Counted from the stretch's first letter, positions 22,361 to 35,554 are shown. The stretch is 64,000 nt of DNA from Selaginella moellendorffii (GCF_000143415.4 NW_003314277.1:1516493-1580492); one strand, 5' to 3'. Notes: generated by a model from the letters alone, not told the origin. A program made the numbers and translations.

Positions 22361-24400
22361 ATGGATTGTGTGTATGCCATACAATCTTGCAAAAGCCTTT
22401 CCATTGCAATAACTATACACTCCCAAGTTTGTCAGCGCTACAAAGAAAATTTGGACGTGTTTGTGATAAACAAGCTCATCCAAATGTATGCACGATGCGG
22501 CAGCACAATGCACGCACGAAGAGTTTTCGATTCCATGGACCCTCCAGTCAGAGATTCCATGACGTGGGATCTCATGCTCTTGGCATATACCCGAAACGGG
22601 TATCTTCTGGAAGCTAAGCAGTTTTTTAGCCAGATGCCTCAGCACAGCGTCGTTTGCTGGACAGCCCTTTTCATTGCTTATGCCCACAATGGGAATCTCA
22701 AGGAGTCTAAGGTAATATTTGATGCGATTCCAGAACCGGATCTCGTTGCTTGGACATCAATGCTCGTGGTATATGCCCAAAACGGGTATCTCTTAAAGGC
22801 AAGAAAAATATTCGGAAGGATGCCACAGAGGGACCTTGTATCCTGGACAGCCATGCTTTCTGCATATGCTCGAAATGGCAACTTAAGGGAATCTAAGCTC
22901 ATCTTTGACGACATTCCAGAACTGGACCTCCCGTCATGGAATGCGATGCTATCAGCTTATTCCCAAAACGGGCATTTGGAAGATGCCAAGCGCATCTTTC
23001 ACATGATGCCTGCAACGAATCTAAGCTCCTGCAATGCAATCTTGTCAGCATATTCCCAAGAAGGAGACGTCCCCAACGCAAAGAGGTGTTTTGACAAGAT
23101 GCCGCAGCATTGCATGGTATCGTGGAATGCTATGCTTGCGGCATATGCCCGGGCAGGGCATCTCGAAGATGCGAGGATATTCTTTGCCACCTTTCATGAG
23201 ACCGATCTTGTGTCTCGCAACACCATGCTCGTGGCATTTTCCCAGGCAGGTAATATCCAGGAAGCAACGCGCATCTTCAACGACATGCCCTTCTGGGATT
23301 CGGTATCTTGGAGCAGTATGCTCTTCGCATATGCCCTCAACGGGCATCTGGACAACGCAAAGGAGATGTACGACCGAGTGCCGTACAGGGACGTAGTGCT
23401 GGACAACTCGATGCTTAGTGCGCTCGCGCAGAGGGGCGACATGGCCGGGGCTAGGCGAATATTCAAGAGCATGCAGTACCACAACCTCCTGTCGTACAAC
23501 GCGATGCTGTGTTTGCTGCCCGTGGACGAGGCCCGCACAATGTTTGACCGCCTGGCCCGCCGCAACCAGGTGACGTGGAACGTCATGCTCAATGTGTACG
23601 GCCAGGCCGGGCGGGTGGAAGATGCGAAGATTCTCATGGACGAGATGCCGCAGCACAGCCTCGTGACGTGGAATTCGATGCTCACGGCATATGCCGTGAC
23701 CGGGCATCTGGAATACGCCAAGTGCGTGTTTGAGAATATGCCGCATAGGGATCTTATATCCAGGAACGTCTTGCTCAGCGCGTTTTGCCACTGCGGCGAG
23801 TTCGCGAGCGCGAAGGCGAGCTTCGATCTCATGGAGGAGAGGAATCTCAAGTCCTGGAACACGATTCTCGCGGCAAGCGCCTTCCACGGGCAACGCGAGA
23901 AGGTAGTCTCCCTGTTCCAGCGGATGCCGGAGCGAGATCTCGTCTCCTGGAGCACTTTCATCGCGGCGCTGGCTCGAAATCTCGATGCCGCTGGCGCGTT
24001 CCAGGGATTCCACACGCTGATGCTCACGGAGGAGCCCGACGACAGCAGCTTTGCCCTGTTCTTGGTGGCGTGCAGCCATGGTGGCAGCGTCGAGGCAGGG
24101 AAATCGTGCTTCCACTCGATGGAGAGGGATTTCGGGCAGAATCCCACACGGCAGCATTACAGCTCCATGGTAGATCTGCTAGCGCGGGCCGGATCAGTCG
24201 CGGACGCCACAAATCTCCTGAGCAGCATGCCATTCGAGCCGGATGGCCTGGAATTTCGATCCCTGCTTGGAGCTTGCGGCCGGGACAGAGATCTCGAGCA
24301 GGGAGGCGTCGCGGCAAAGGGTGCTGTGGATCTGGATTCCACATCGCTGCTATTGCTCTCCAATCTCTACGCCCCCGGAGCTTCTTCTTCCCGCCTATAA
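22361..24400 (+). CDS. PLS-class PPR protein (S-motif rich) with E domain
   Basis: Tandem approximately 31-aa DLVSWTAMLSAYARNG repeats, HYSSMVDLLARAG, LLGAC. Confidence 0.92.
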   Translation: MDCVYAIQSCKSLSIAITIHSQVCQRYKENLDVFVINKLIQMYARCGSTMHARRVFDSMDPPVRDSMTWDLMLLAYTRNGYLLEAKQFFSQMPQHSVVCWTALFIAYAHNGNLKESKVIFDAIPEPDLVAWTSMLVVYAQNGYLLKARKIFGRMPQRDLVSWTAMLSAYARNGNLRESKLIFDDIPELDLPSWNAMLSAYSQNGHLEDAKRIFHMMPATNLSSCNAILSAYSQEGDVPNAKRCFDKMPQHCMVSWNAMLAAYARAGHLEDARIFFATFHETDLVSRNTMLVAFSQAGNIQEATRIFNDMPFWDSVSWSSMLFAYALNGHLDNAKEMYDRVPYRDVVLDNSMLSALAQRGDMAGARRIFKSMQYHNLLSYNAMLCLLPVDEARTMFDRLARRNQVTWNVMLNVYGQAGRVEDAKILMDEMPQHSLVTWNSMLTAYAVTGHLEYAKCVFENMPHRDLISRNVLLSAFCHCGEFASAKASFDLMEERNLKSWNTILAASAFHGQREKVVSLFQRMPERDLVSWSTFIAALARNLDAAGAFQGFHTLMLTEEPDDSSFALFLVACSHGGSVEAGKSCFHSMERDFGQNPTRQHYSSMVDLLARAGSVADATNLLSSMPFEPDGLEFRSLLGACGRDRDLEQGGVAAKGAVDLDSTSLLLLSNLYAPGASSSRL

Positions 24401-24443
24401 GCGCCAGGAGCCCTACATTTTGAAAAGAGAAAGAAGAGGGTTA

Positions 24444-25305
24444 ATGGAGGGCTTTGCGGTGGCGATGGATCTCTTGGAGAAGATGGGCAGCAGCGCGCGG
24501 CACTGCAGGGAGGTGTACCAGAAGCTCCACAACGACGATGCCGCCGTGATCCAGCGAGTTGAAGCGATGCTCAGCGAAGCTGGGGCTGCCGTGGAGGAGG
24601 ATCGCGAGCGAATGACTGGGTTGCTCCAAGGTATGACTCTTTTTTGTCTTCTCTCTTTCTTTGCTCAAAGCTTTGTTGGCTAGATTTGAAGCAGGAAGTC
24701 GACGCGACCGATAAGATGATGGCTCGTTTGAAGAATGCGGGAGTGAATGACGCAGAACTGGAAGCTCTGACCATTACGCTCAAACAAATCAGAGACCATG
24801 AGCAGGATTTGGAGGAAGAAACCAGATAAGTGTCATGTGATTTCACTCTCGAAATTTTTGTATGTTTGTTCTTCGCATTCTTGACACTAGTTCTTGATTT
24901 TTCCACAGTTCTAAAAGACGAAGTGAACAGGATCGAAACTCGTTTCAACTCCCTGGAGGCCAAGAAGGAAGAACTTAAAAAGCTCGAAGCGCTCCAGCAG
25001 CACAACACGTGATGATAGCACCATTTTTTTTTTTCTCACTCTCTTCGTTTTGCTTCCAGTCACGAGCTCTCTTTGTTTGCACAAGTCACTAGGATCGTCC
25101 CGGACACCGAGTCTATTGGGAGCTCTATACTTACAGGCAGTAAGCACATCTCTAGAGATTAGTATCTCTCGAAAGCCTTGACGTGTTTTCTCCTTTCCTA
25201 GGCATCTTGGACGAGCAAAAGCGACTAAGGAGCGAATTCAAGCTCGACACCACGGAGAAATCTGAGTTTGAGACATGCCGAGCTCTCTGGCGCATGGAAG
25301 TCTAG
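24444..25305 (+). CDS. SPC24: Kinetochore protein SPC24-like (5 exons)
   Basis: Coiled-coil N-terminus. C-terminal ELSLFAQVTRIVPD...FKLDTTEKSEFETCRALW matches the Spc24 RWD-like tail pattern. Confidence 0.75.
24826..24906 (+). other. AT-AC intron, 81 nt
   Basis: ACCAG|ATAAGT...TTTTCCAC|AGTTCTA gives EETRVLKDE and removes an in-frame TAA. Confidence 0.7.
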
Positions 25306-25460
25306 TCTGAGCGAGAGTTTGCAAGTAAGCTTTGTTCCCTTTGGATTATTGATTACAGCTAATTTGAGATCGATAATGTAGGGACGGTACAAACTCTGAA
25401 AGAACCATTTGCTTCTTCGAGCAGCAAAAATGTTGATAGAAGGTTTTTTTTTTCTTTCTT

Positions 25461-27556
25461 TTATCGATGGAGGCGAGTGGTAGTAATGTACCGGCCCTTC
25501 TCAAGGTCATAAATGGTTTTCAACCGCGGTTTCCGGCATCTCAGAACGAGCCAGACGAGAACAAACACTAGCCCGAACGATCCAAAAAACGAAAGAATGG
25601 TTACCCAGTCATCCCCAAAACTCCACTCCGAGCGCTCCTCGATGTTATCAGCCAGCTTCACCATCAACGCTCCCAAGGCCCAGTCGAGTGGAACGTTGCC
25701 GACTTTGTTCGTGAAGCGCACCCTGGCCAGGAGAGATTGTTACTTATCGAGAACTTCGAAAGAAGAGAGGCAAAAAAGCTACGCTACCTTTCGTCGTGCA
25801 TGGCAATCCCGAGCCTGTCGTGAAGCAGCGCAACGATGTAAGCCGTGGAGAAGCAATACTTTAACAAGTCTTCCTCTTGGATTCCGACGTGCTTGTCCTT
25901 GAGCTTTGTCCATTGCTCGCCGCAGTAGAAATCACCCGCGGCTTCTACGTCGGCCAAAGAAGTGGTTGCCGGCAGTCCAAAGAACTGGAAGAAACGAAGC
26001 GAGAGAGCTTTAAAGAGAAACTTGTAGAAGAAACAAACCTCGGACGTGTAAAAGAAATTCTCTGTCGCAAAAAACTTTCCACGGAGATCCGGGACAAACG
26101 TGGATCCAATCGCGCATCGCTCATGTAGGCATTGGTCTGGTAAGAGTTACACAGGTTATTCATCCGGAGAGAAAGAAGACTAGCGTACCTTCGCCCATTT
26201 GAAGAAGTTCTTGAGCAGCTCTCCGGCACTCAGAAAAGTTTCCAGACGAAAGTACCGTGGAGACCTTGACTTGGTTCGGCCCCGGTAGAGTGTTTGCAAT
26301 CTTCTCTAGAAGCTCCGAGTTCATCACATAGCCGGCCGGAGTACACGGATCAATCACCACGCCGGGTTTAGCCTTTAATCCTGCAGTCGCGTCCAGTTAC
26401 CACTCAACTTAGAGAAAATAACTGAGCTTGCCATACTTGGTTTCACCGCCCCGGAGAGCAATAGCTGAAGTAAATTGTCCCAGGCAGCCTCTTGACCAAA
26501 GTGAAGAAAACTGTACGTGTAGAGTTTGTAATTGACTCCACCAAACTCCAAAGAGTGCAGAAACTCTGGAGGAAATGGTGAATCTGGCACAAATGTCACC
26601 TGATCAAACAAGGATTAGTGAAACGCAAGGACGTAAACATTCGAAAGGCTTACCTGAGCAGACGCGCCACCAAGCTCCACTATTCCAGTAGTCGCGTGTG
26701 GATCGCCACCAAGCGTGCCAAGAGCGTAATTTGCAGAAACCCACGCAAAAATTCCCTCCTCTGTGCCTGCAAGGATACACGAGAGAACTGTGAGCATACA
26801 ACACAAAGAAAAGATAAAAGCAAAGAAGAGAAGAGAAAGAAGCTTACCAGTGATAACCGAGGCCCAGCTATCTTCAAACATGAAATCAGACTTGCGAAGC
26901 ACCGATCGACAAGACTCAATGATATCGTCTTGGATGTTCTTCTCCAGCCGCCTCAAACCAGCAGTGGCCATGAGATATAGTCTCGTCTGTCCTCTATCCT
27001 TCTTCGCGATCCTCGCGTTTGCGAAGTCCAGCAGCTCCACCAGCGACTCCCCAGCCTGTTGTGGATTCGACGAGAAAGATGACAACCCGGGCTTTGTCTT
27101 GAGCGATGGGATGTCTTGCGTATCAATGTGGGGGAAGAGCTTCTCCACCTTGTAGCTAAAGATGTGGAGCCGGGACCCGGAGCTCCCAGCGTCGATCACG
27201 ATCGCATGGCCTCTGGAGTTTTGTTGGCGGCGCGGCCCTCCAAAGACCGAGAAGAAATAGAAGAGAGCCGAGACCGCGAGGATGAGCGTCACGGCCCCCC
27301 AGATCCTCCTCTGCCATTGCTGCCGATGAGAATGCGACGCAGCACCACCGCCGGAGCTGAGAGATAAGTGATACCTGGGAGGGAGCTGGGTTTTGTGCGG
27401 CGGAACGAATGCCGAGCTCGGTCGCGACTGTAGCTTGGCGAAATCCATCCTGCCGGACGAGGATTCCGCCGCGGCAGTAGCTGCCGATGACGATGCCGAT
27501 GTCGATGCGGTTGCGCCCGACGAGCGACGCATGAATCCTAACCCATTCGCGTTCAT
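25461..27556 (-). CDS. Apyrase (GDA1/CD39 NTPDase, APY6-like), multi-exon
   Basis: ACR1 IDAGSSGSR, ACR2 ATAGLR, ACR3 GTEEG, ACR4 ELGGASAQ, ACR5 DWALGA, N- and C-terminal TM helices, tail KTIYDLEKGRYI. Confidence 0.92.
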
Positions 27557-27761
27557 CCTCTCATCCCAGCTGGAGATCTACTCGAAATCATCGCTCCCTG
27601 TCGCTCAGCTGACCTGATCGCACCGCGGGGCCGACGGCATTGTCGTGGCGTGGCGCCTTCTTCTCCTTCCAGCAAGAACCCTAATCCTAAAGGGCTTGGG
27701 TATATAAAACTAGGGCAAACCAAATAATTTTTCCCTCTATTTTTTTCTCCGCGAGGAGCGA
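27557..27761. promoter_or_regulatory. Bidirectional promoter between apyrase and SKI2
   Basis: About 205 bp between divergent ATGs, AACCCTAA telo-box at 27677 and TATATAAAA at 27701. Confidence 0.6.
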
Positions 27762-30700
27762 ATGGCGCCTCCCAAGCTAGGTATCTCTTCGAGCTCGTGT
27801 TTCTTCCTCTCTGATCTATCGATCTTGCTCCAGGAGGCGAGCTTCCATTCAAGATCGGCGTCGCGGGATACAGCGGTGAGCTCCAGGTCGAAATATTGCC
27901 TTCGATTTCGCGGAGCAATCCCTTAGACGATCTTCCTGAGCTGATTTTGGTGAGTATTTTCAGACAGTGATCGTTTCCTTGATCGGCATTCGTGTTTTTG
28001 GCAGCCACCAGTGCAGCCTCCCCAGACCTCCGCGGGGATTCTTGCAGAGATCGAGGAGAAATATCTAGTTCCTCGGCTGGACAGGGAGATTGATGACGTG
28101 AAACGGACAGGAAAAAACTGGGAGGTCGACTGGTTTGGAGATGGATTTTATCTCTATGAGCCGTCTCTGGCACCGCTTACGATTTCTCCGGTGTGGAAGC
28201 CGCCGTTTAGACGAAAGGAGAGTGAGTATCGTACGTCGGAAGAGCAAGGGAGAGTTTGGGTTCCTGAGTTTGAGCAGGTATGTTGATCGAAGCCTTTCAA
28301 GTGTTTCTCTTCCATTTTTTTTAATGATTTTCTTGCTTTTGCTTCTTTCTCCAGATCAAGCCTGAGTATGGAAGCGACGCTGCTTCATCGATGTTGCGGA
28401 AGCCAGGAAATCCGGCCGACTTTGTCCGTGGAAGTTCGAGCAATCAACCGTTTCGACCAGGTGGAGTTGATCTTGGCGAAAAAATTATTCCCGAAGGCGC
28501 ACAGAACGGAGAATGGCTAGCCGAAGTTTTAGAAGGCAAACCACTGCAGACTGTTGCTCCGGGTTTTAAACGGGGTTTATCCAATCTTGGTGTCCCTGAG
28601 GTATGCAAAAGTATTAGCAACATATTTTGACTAAACTTCATATGCTGCAGCCATTTACATGGTCCAAGAAGTCGGATGTGTCTTCTGCAGAGACATTCAA
28701 GGAACCAGAAAAGGTTTGCTCTTTCGAAACGATGTTCGTCTTCTTTCCTGAACAGTGTGATTTCTACACAGAAGGACAGTGTCCTACATTACGAAGACTT
28801 ATTTCGGAAGGCATGGGAACATCAAATGCTGGAAGATGATAGTGAGGTCGATGACGAAGGTAAACCATTGGTAATTCCTTTATGTTTCAAGCAAGGCTTT
28901 GCAACGTTTTTCAGATCCCATCGACGAGGTTGTATTAAAGGACGAAGTGGAACCCGAGTCTGAAGTTGATAAAATCCTTGCAACTGAAACGGTCGAGGCT
29001 GCTCCTGTGCCGAAGGCAGAGGCTAAACAGGTAATATAGCTGGTTACAAATGAAAAACATTTTCTGACATGGAACTATTTTTCAGGAATGGGTGGTTATG
29101 GACGGAGATAGTGGTGTAGCAGAAAGGTTTTTGGAGCTTATACCAGATATGGCAATCCAATTTCCTTTTGAACTTGACAAGTTTCAAAAAGAGGTACGTC
29201 ATCTCGAGTCGTACTATGAAGTCTTGAATTACCTTCCGCAGGCAATCTATCACCTTGAGAAAAATGAATCCGTGTTTGTTGCTGCACACACATCAGCGGG
29301 CAAGACAGTTGTTGCTGAATATGCATTTGCATTATCTGCAAAGGTATGCTCCGCTAATGTATTCTAGCTTTGTAAGTCTGACTCTCTTATTCCAGCATTG
29401 TACAAGGGCAGTGTATACGTCCCCCATCAAAACCATCAGCAATCAGAAGTATCGTGATTTTAGTGAGAAGTTTGATGTCGGACTTCTGACTGGGGACGTG
29501 AGTATACGACCCGAGGCTTCCTGCCTGATTATGACCACAGAGATTCTCCGCTCTATGCTTTACAAGGGAGCGGACCTTGTACGGGATATAGAATGGGTAT
29601 GTATTCTCCCAGTTGATTCTCAATCTTTCTTTACGATCGACGTCACAGGTAGTTTTTGATGAAGTCCATTACGTAAATGATGCTGAGCGAGGTGTTGTAT
29701 GGGAAGAAGTCATTATCATGCTTCCCCAGCATGTCAATCTTGTTTTACTATCAGCTACGGTAAGAATTTTCTTGTTTACAATCTTCTTGCCTCTTATTGT
29801 GACTGTTTTAGGTGCCTAACATTAGGGAGTTTGCTGATTGGGTTGGTCGCACAAAGCAAAAGAAGATATACGTAACTGGGTATGCATGCTCTCCATTGCG
29901 TTTCCCAGCGTCTGAACTTTCTATGCGCAGGACGACTAAACGACCAGTTCCTTTGGAGCACTGTCTGTTTTATTCGGGAGAGCTTCATAGAATATGTGCA
30001 AACGAGACTTTCTTACCTCTCGGTGTCAAGGCTGCCAAGGATGCACATTTAGCGAAAACAGCAGTGAAAAAAGGTCCTGTGGCACCTACACAAGGAGGAC
30101 GGGGAAATGTTCAGGGGAGAGGCGGACCTGGTGGCAGAGGGGGCAGAGGGAACAAAGTCATTCCAGAGGAGAAAAACAGTCGTGGCGGTCCATGGCGTTC
30201 TGAGACTTCCCAGTGGTATGGACTCATCAACGTACTATCAAAAAAGAACTTGTTGCCTGTACGTATTTTCTTGCATTACATTCTTATGTTGTGTAATTTG
30301 GTTCTCTGTATAGGTGGTGGTGTTCTGTTTTTCAAAATCTCGCTGCGATCAATCAGCAGACAGCTTAACCGGATCAGATTTGACAACATCAACAGAAAAA
30401 GGAGTGATTCGCGTTTTCTGTAACAAGGCCTTTTCACGCCTCAAGGGCACGGATAGGCAACTTCCTCAGGTGTGTACGTATCTTCTAGCTCAGTACTTAT
30501 GCTCGAAGTATTTTATAGGTCCTTCGGATTGAAGAATTGCTGAAGCGAGGTATCGGAGTTCACCACGCTGGTTTACTTCCTATTGTGAAAGAGGTAGTGG
30601 AGATGCTCTTTTGCCGAGGCGTAATCAAGGTGATGAGTTCGTAAGGTTTCTGAAGTGGTCCTTTCTAACTGGAAGTGCAGGTCTTGTTCTCTACTGAGAC

Positions 30701-32971
30701 ATTCGCAATGGGAGTCAATGCACCTGCCAGAACGGTAAGATAGCCATGCAGTTGAGATTATCATATACTTATTCGTATGAGATGCAGGTTGCATTTCATG
30801 GATTCAGGAAGCATGATGGTAAATCATTTAGGCAGCTTTATCCAGGCGAGTACACTCAGATGGCGGGCCGAGCCGGGCGAAGAGGCCTTGACACGGTAAA
30901 TATGGGACTCTTCTTGCTAGGCCAGTCATTCTCACCTCTTTTTACTTCAGGTAGGAACTGTAATAGTTATGTGTTGGGATGACATACCCGACGAAGGAGA
31001 TTTAAGACGTCTCTTGACTGGGAAGGCCACGAAACTGGAATCACAGTTTAGATTAACTTACACGATGATTCTGAACCTTCTTCGAGTAGAGGAGTTGAAG
31101 GTACAATGAACCGATTGTTTTCTTTCTTTTCGCTTTTTCAATGTCAACTCTCCTTGTAGGTCGAAGACATGCTCAAACGCAGTTTTGCGGAATTTCATGC
31201 CCAACGTGCACTTCCTGAGCAACAGCAGCAACTTCTTAGACAAGAGGGCGAGCTTTCAAAAATGGCTGCAACGATAGAATGTATTCTTGGCGACCCCACG
31301 ATTGAAGATTATTACAAATTAGCAAGCGAGGCAGATATGCTCGGAGAGAGCATTCAGGAAAAAGTGATGAACTCCCGTGCAGCACAGCAAGCTCTTATAC
31401 CGGGACGAATAGTCACTGTCAAGACGACTATCGTAAGTCATATTTCTACGCTGCTTTCGTGCACTAGTGATTTTCTCTTTACAGTACCCAGTTCCAGCTT
31501 TGGGTGTTGTCCTAAGAGGACCTAGCGGGACAACAAAAATGAGCATCGTTTTGACACTTTACCGTGGTGCAGTTCCAGCCTCAGCAAAACTTCAGCCTCC
31601 AACTAAAAAGCTTGATCAAGATGGAGGATATTTCATCAGCAAGAAGAACAAGAACGACGACGACGAGTTCGCAGTTTTTTCGGGGTCCAAGAAATCTTCA
31701 GGTGTCATTCGGTTGACGATGCCGCACTACGGAACGGTGGGAGGAGTCTCCTTTCTGGTCGCAGAGACCAGTGGCCAGGAGTTTCTCAGCATCTCGAAGG
31801 AGAAAATCCGGGTTGATGCCAATCGGATCTTAGAAGAAGAAAGCACTATGGCCATCTCGGCTGTACTGCAAGCCCTCACAGAACTTGAGAGACTTTATCC
31901 GGCAGATCCTCCACCTCTTGATCCCGTAAAAGGTAATTACTTTCGATGCTCTTGACTAGCAAAACTTGACTAACGCATTGTCTTTCAGATTTGAAGCTCA
32001 ACGATATCGATGCCGTCGAAAAGTACAAGAAGAAGCAAGCCATCACGGAGCTTATGGCACAAAACAAGTGCCATCGGTGTCCAAAGCTGCAAGAGCACTA
32101 CTCGATTATCAAGAACCGACAGCTGCTGAGAGATCGCGTGGACAAGCTTAAATTCGATGTTTCAGACAACGCATTACAACAAATGCCAGAGTTTCAGCGT
32201 CGTGTAAGTATTCTTCCTTGGCAGCCGTTGTTTGGTTTTTGACTTTGCTACACAAATGTGGATGGCAGATGGATGTTCTCCAGGACGTTGGCTGCATCGA
32301 TTCGGAGCTCATCGTTCAGCTCAAAGGCCGTGTGACGTGCGAGTTCAACACTGGCGATGAGCTGATCGCGGCGGAGTGCCTCTTTGACAACCAGCTTGCG
32401 GATCTTAACGCTGCTGAATCGATCGCCTTGTTGTCCTCGCTGGTGTTCCAGCAGCGTGAAACTAGCGAGCCTGTCCTCACTGAAAAGCTCGCGGCTGCGA
32501 AAACAAGGTAATCGTTTAATGGTTATCGTGTGCTACTTGTGTTTTTCTACTCTTTTCTCTCAGGCTTTACAACACAGCGTTGCAGCTTGGAGATTTGCAA
32601 GTGAGCCATGGGCTTGTTTCACACGCCGAAGACTACGCTCGTGACGCCCTCCATTTTGGACTCATGGAAGTGGTGTATGAATGGGCAAAGGTAAATTATA
32701 AGCATTTGCATTCCAGGCACTTTCTTCTTCCTTCGTTGACTCTTTTGTGTTGCAGGGAACTCCATTCTCAACAATTTGTGAGATGACCGACGTTTCCGAA
32801 GGTCTGGTGGTGAGAACTATAGTCCGATTGGACGAGACATGTAGAGAGATTAAGAACGCGGCGCGGATTATGGGAGACACGACGCTCTTCAACAAAATGG
32901 ATGAAGCTTCCAACCTTATTAAAAGAGATATCGTCTTTGCTGCAAGCTTGTATGTTACAGGGCTTGTATAA
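27762..32971 (+). CDS. SKI2: SKI2-type DExH RNA helicase (multi-exon)
   Basis: N-terminal [46 protein letters not shown] tail [15 protein letters not shown]. Confidence 0.94.
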
Positions 32972-33196
32972 AACTCTGCAAAGTCAGAAGTAAATAGTAT
33001 TCCAGATCAACTTTTAAGCCATTATATTCATATATTTTAAAACTGTCACCTTCCAGATTAATTTTGCAAATTGACACTTATTGTAATAAATTTAGCTATA
33101 TATATCCAAAGTCAACCAAATAATCAATTTTTTTAGATTCAACTACCGGAAAGATCAAACCCTACATTTCTTGTGCATCAATTCAAAAATTAGAAT

Positions 33197-34070
33197 ATGG
33201 AATTCCTTGTGTATGTTCTTCTTGGCTCCGTATTTCTGTTCTACCTCTTGGTCAGGCCCTTCCTCCAGCCACGCAAACTGCTGCCACCATCTCCAAGGGG
33301 CTTGCCATTGATCGGCCACCTCCATCTCTTGGGAAGGCAGCCCCACATCTCTCTCCAAGAGCTGTCCAACAAGTTTGGAGACATTGTGTGCCTGAGATTG
33401 GGGCTTGTGCCAGCGATTCTAATCTCCAGTTCCGCGGCAGCGAGAGAGGCACTCAAAACCCATGATCAAACATTTTCTGGTAGGCCATACTTCCTCTTGG
33501 GCGATTACGTCTACAGCTCCAAAAGCATGGTGTTGTCACCCCCTAACGAGCACTGGAGAAGAATGAAGAAGCTCTTCAACGCGGAGCTCTTCACGGCAAA
33601 TCGCTTGGCTTCGTTCTTGGAGGTGAGACGCGAAGAGCTGGCTTCCATGGTTTCTTTTTTGATCGACAACCAGTCGAGAGTGGTGAACGTGAGAGAGCTT
33701 GTCCGGAGCTACACTTTCAACACAATAACGAGGATTGTCATGAGCAAGAGGTTTTTTGGGGAGAAGAACACTGTGAACGAGGAGGAAGCTATGGAGTTCA
33801 TGGAAGTTATGGAAGAGATTATCAAGTTTGGCTTCGCATTCCACATAAGCGAGCTTGTACCGGCTTGGGTCAGATGGATTGACTGGAAAATCCCAGCAGT
33901 GAAACGAATCGCCGCAAGGGAAAACATTGTCATCCAAAAGATTTTAGACGAGCACAGGAAAACCAAAAGTTCCCGAGGCACAAAGGATTTCCTGGACATT
34001 CTTCTTGAGAATGATACTGAAGGCGATGGAGGTGGAAATGATCTTGACAATGCCAGAGGTACCATCATGG

Positions 34071-34120
<50 letters not shown>

Positions 34121-34747
34121 AATTCTAGAGTATGATCGTGCCAGGAACTAGTTGGAGCTGGAACTTATACCACTGCCTGTGTGATCGAGTGGGTTATACT
34201 AGAACTTCTAAGGAATCCAGATGTTCTTGAAAAAGCCCAGCATGAGCTTGAATCCATTGTGGGTCAGACCAATCGCCTGGTAGAAGAATCAGACATTGAG
34301 CATCTGACTTACCTCCAAGCGATTGTGAAAGAAACGTTTCGGCTCCATCCTCCTGCACCACTCCTGTTACGTATGTCCACTCAGGAGTGTGTTATATCCA
34401 ACTATCACATCCCGAAAGGTGCCAACACCTTTGTAAATGTCTACGCTATTGGAAGGGATCCAGGCCTGTGGGAGAATCCAATGGAGTTCTCGCCAGAGAG
34501 GTTTGTTGGTTCGAGCATGGACGTCCGAGGTCAGGACTTCGAGCTGATTCCATTTGGAGCTGGGCGGAGAACTTGCGCGGGACTGACACTCGGTTTGAAG
34601 GTTGTCCAAATTGGACTTGCGAATTTGCTCCATGGGTTCGACTGGAGCTGTGTTGCTGGAAGGGACTACGATGTTGCTGAAAGCAGCGTTTCTGTGATTT
34701 GGCCAAAGAAACCACTCGAAGCAATGGTGACTCCAAAATCTAGATAA
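33197..34747 (+). CDS. Cytochrome P450, CYP71 clan (2 exons; intron about 34070-34144)
   Basis: TM anchor, PPSPRGLPLIGHLHLL, KETFRLHPP, PERF, heme motif FGAGRRTCAG. Confidence 0.93.
34074..34114. repeat. (CT)n microsatellite in the P450 intron
   Basis: Direct read. Confidence 0.95.
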
Positions 34748-35003
34748 GAAAATGAGAAAATAAATAAATATTAAGTTAAATGTAATCATGATAAGATTTG
34801 AATAATGTATTTTTATTTGCTAATAACCAAATGATCTTTTATGGATCAAATGGTTTGGTTTATCTTGTAATAATTCTTATCGCATGTTTCTGTTCTTTTC
34901 TTTGCTGGAGTGAACATGGCGAGTGTAAGTCCCACCTAGAAGCCAGCCAAGCAAAAGCGTTGAATTTCCATTCGACACTGTTCATCAAGGCTACATTGGT
35001 CTA

Positions 35004-35554
35004 ATGGAGAAATTCAAGAGCATGGATTTCTCCGCGACTGCCCACGAGCTGTTCGAGTCCGCCAAGGAAGCCAAGGAGAAATCTGAGGAGGCAATCAAGG
35101 CCGGGGTGAAGAACTCGCAGGATAAGGTAAAGGAGGTCGCGGAATTGGTTCTGGACGAGGCACACAAGGCCGCCGGGAGCGCCAAGGAGTTCGTCAAGGG
35201 CGCGGTCCATCGAGTGGAAGGATATGCCGACAATTTCAAGACAGGCTCCAGCGAGATCAAGGGCAACCTCAAAGACAACCTCTCGCAAGCTCTGGATCAA
35301 GTAAGTCAAAAACTAGATAAGGTTTTCTTGTGGCGTGACAAATTCTCGCTTTTCTCATCTAGAACAAGGGGAATTTCACAATGGAGACATTGGGCAGCTA
35401 TCCAATGGCCATGGTGAATTGGTGTAGCAATGCTTGTGGATCGTCCAAGAATCACTACAAGGACATGGCTGACGATGTTACCGAAGTTCTCAAGGAGTCA
35501 GCCACCAAGCTTGAGCACGAGACCGCGGCGGCTACGTCCTCTAAAACCGATTGA
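35004..35554 (+). CDS. LEA-like hydrophilic protein (spliced)
   Basis: A/K/E-rich amphipathic repeats (ESAKEAKEKSEEA, AGSAKEFVKGA); GTAAGT donor at 35301. Confidence 0.6.

Noticed and set aside
23045-24157. Long antisense ORFs (370 and 317 aa) over the PPR gene, and similar ones over AP2, HemW and RtcA
   Set aside because: Shadow ORFs of GC-rich coding sequence with no recognisable motifs.
27781-27833. SKI2 first intron donor GTATCTCT as U12-type
   Set aside because: It deviates from GTATCCT and has no clear TCCTTRAC branch site.
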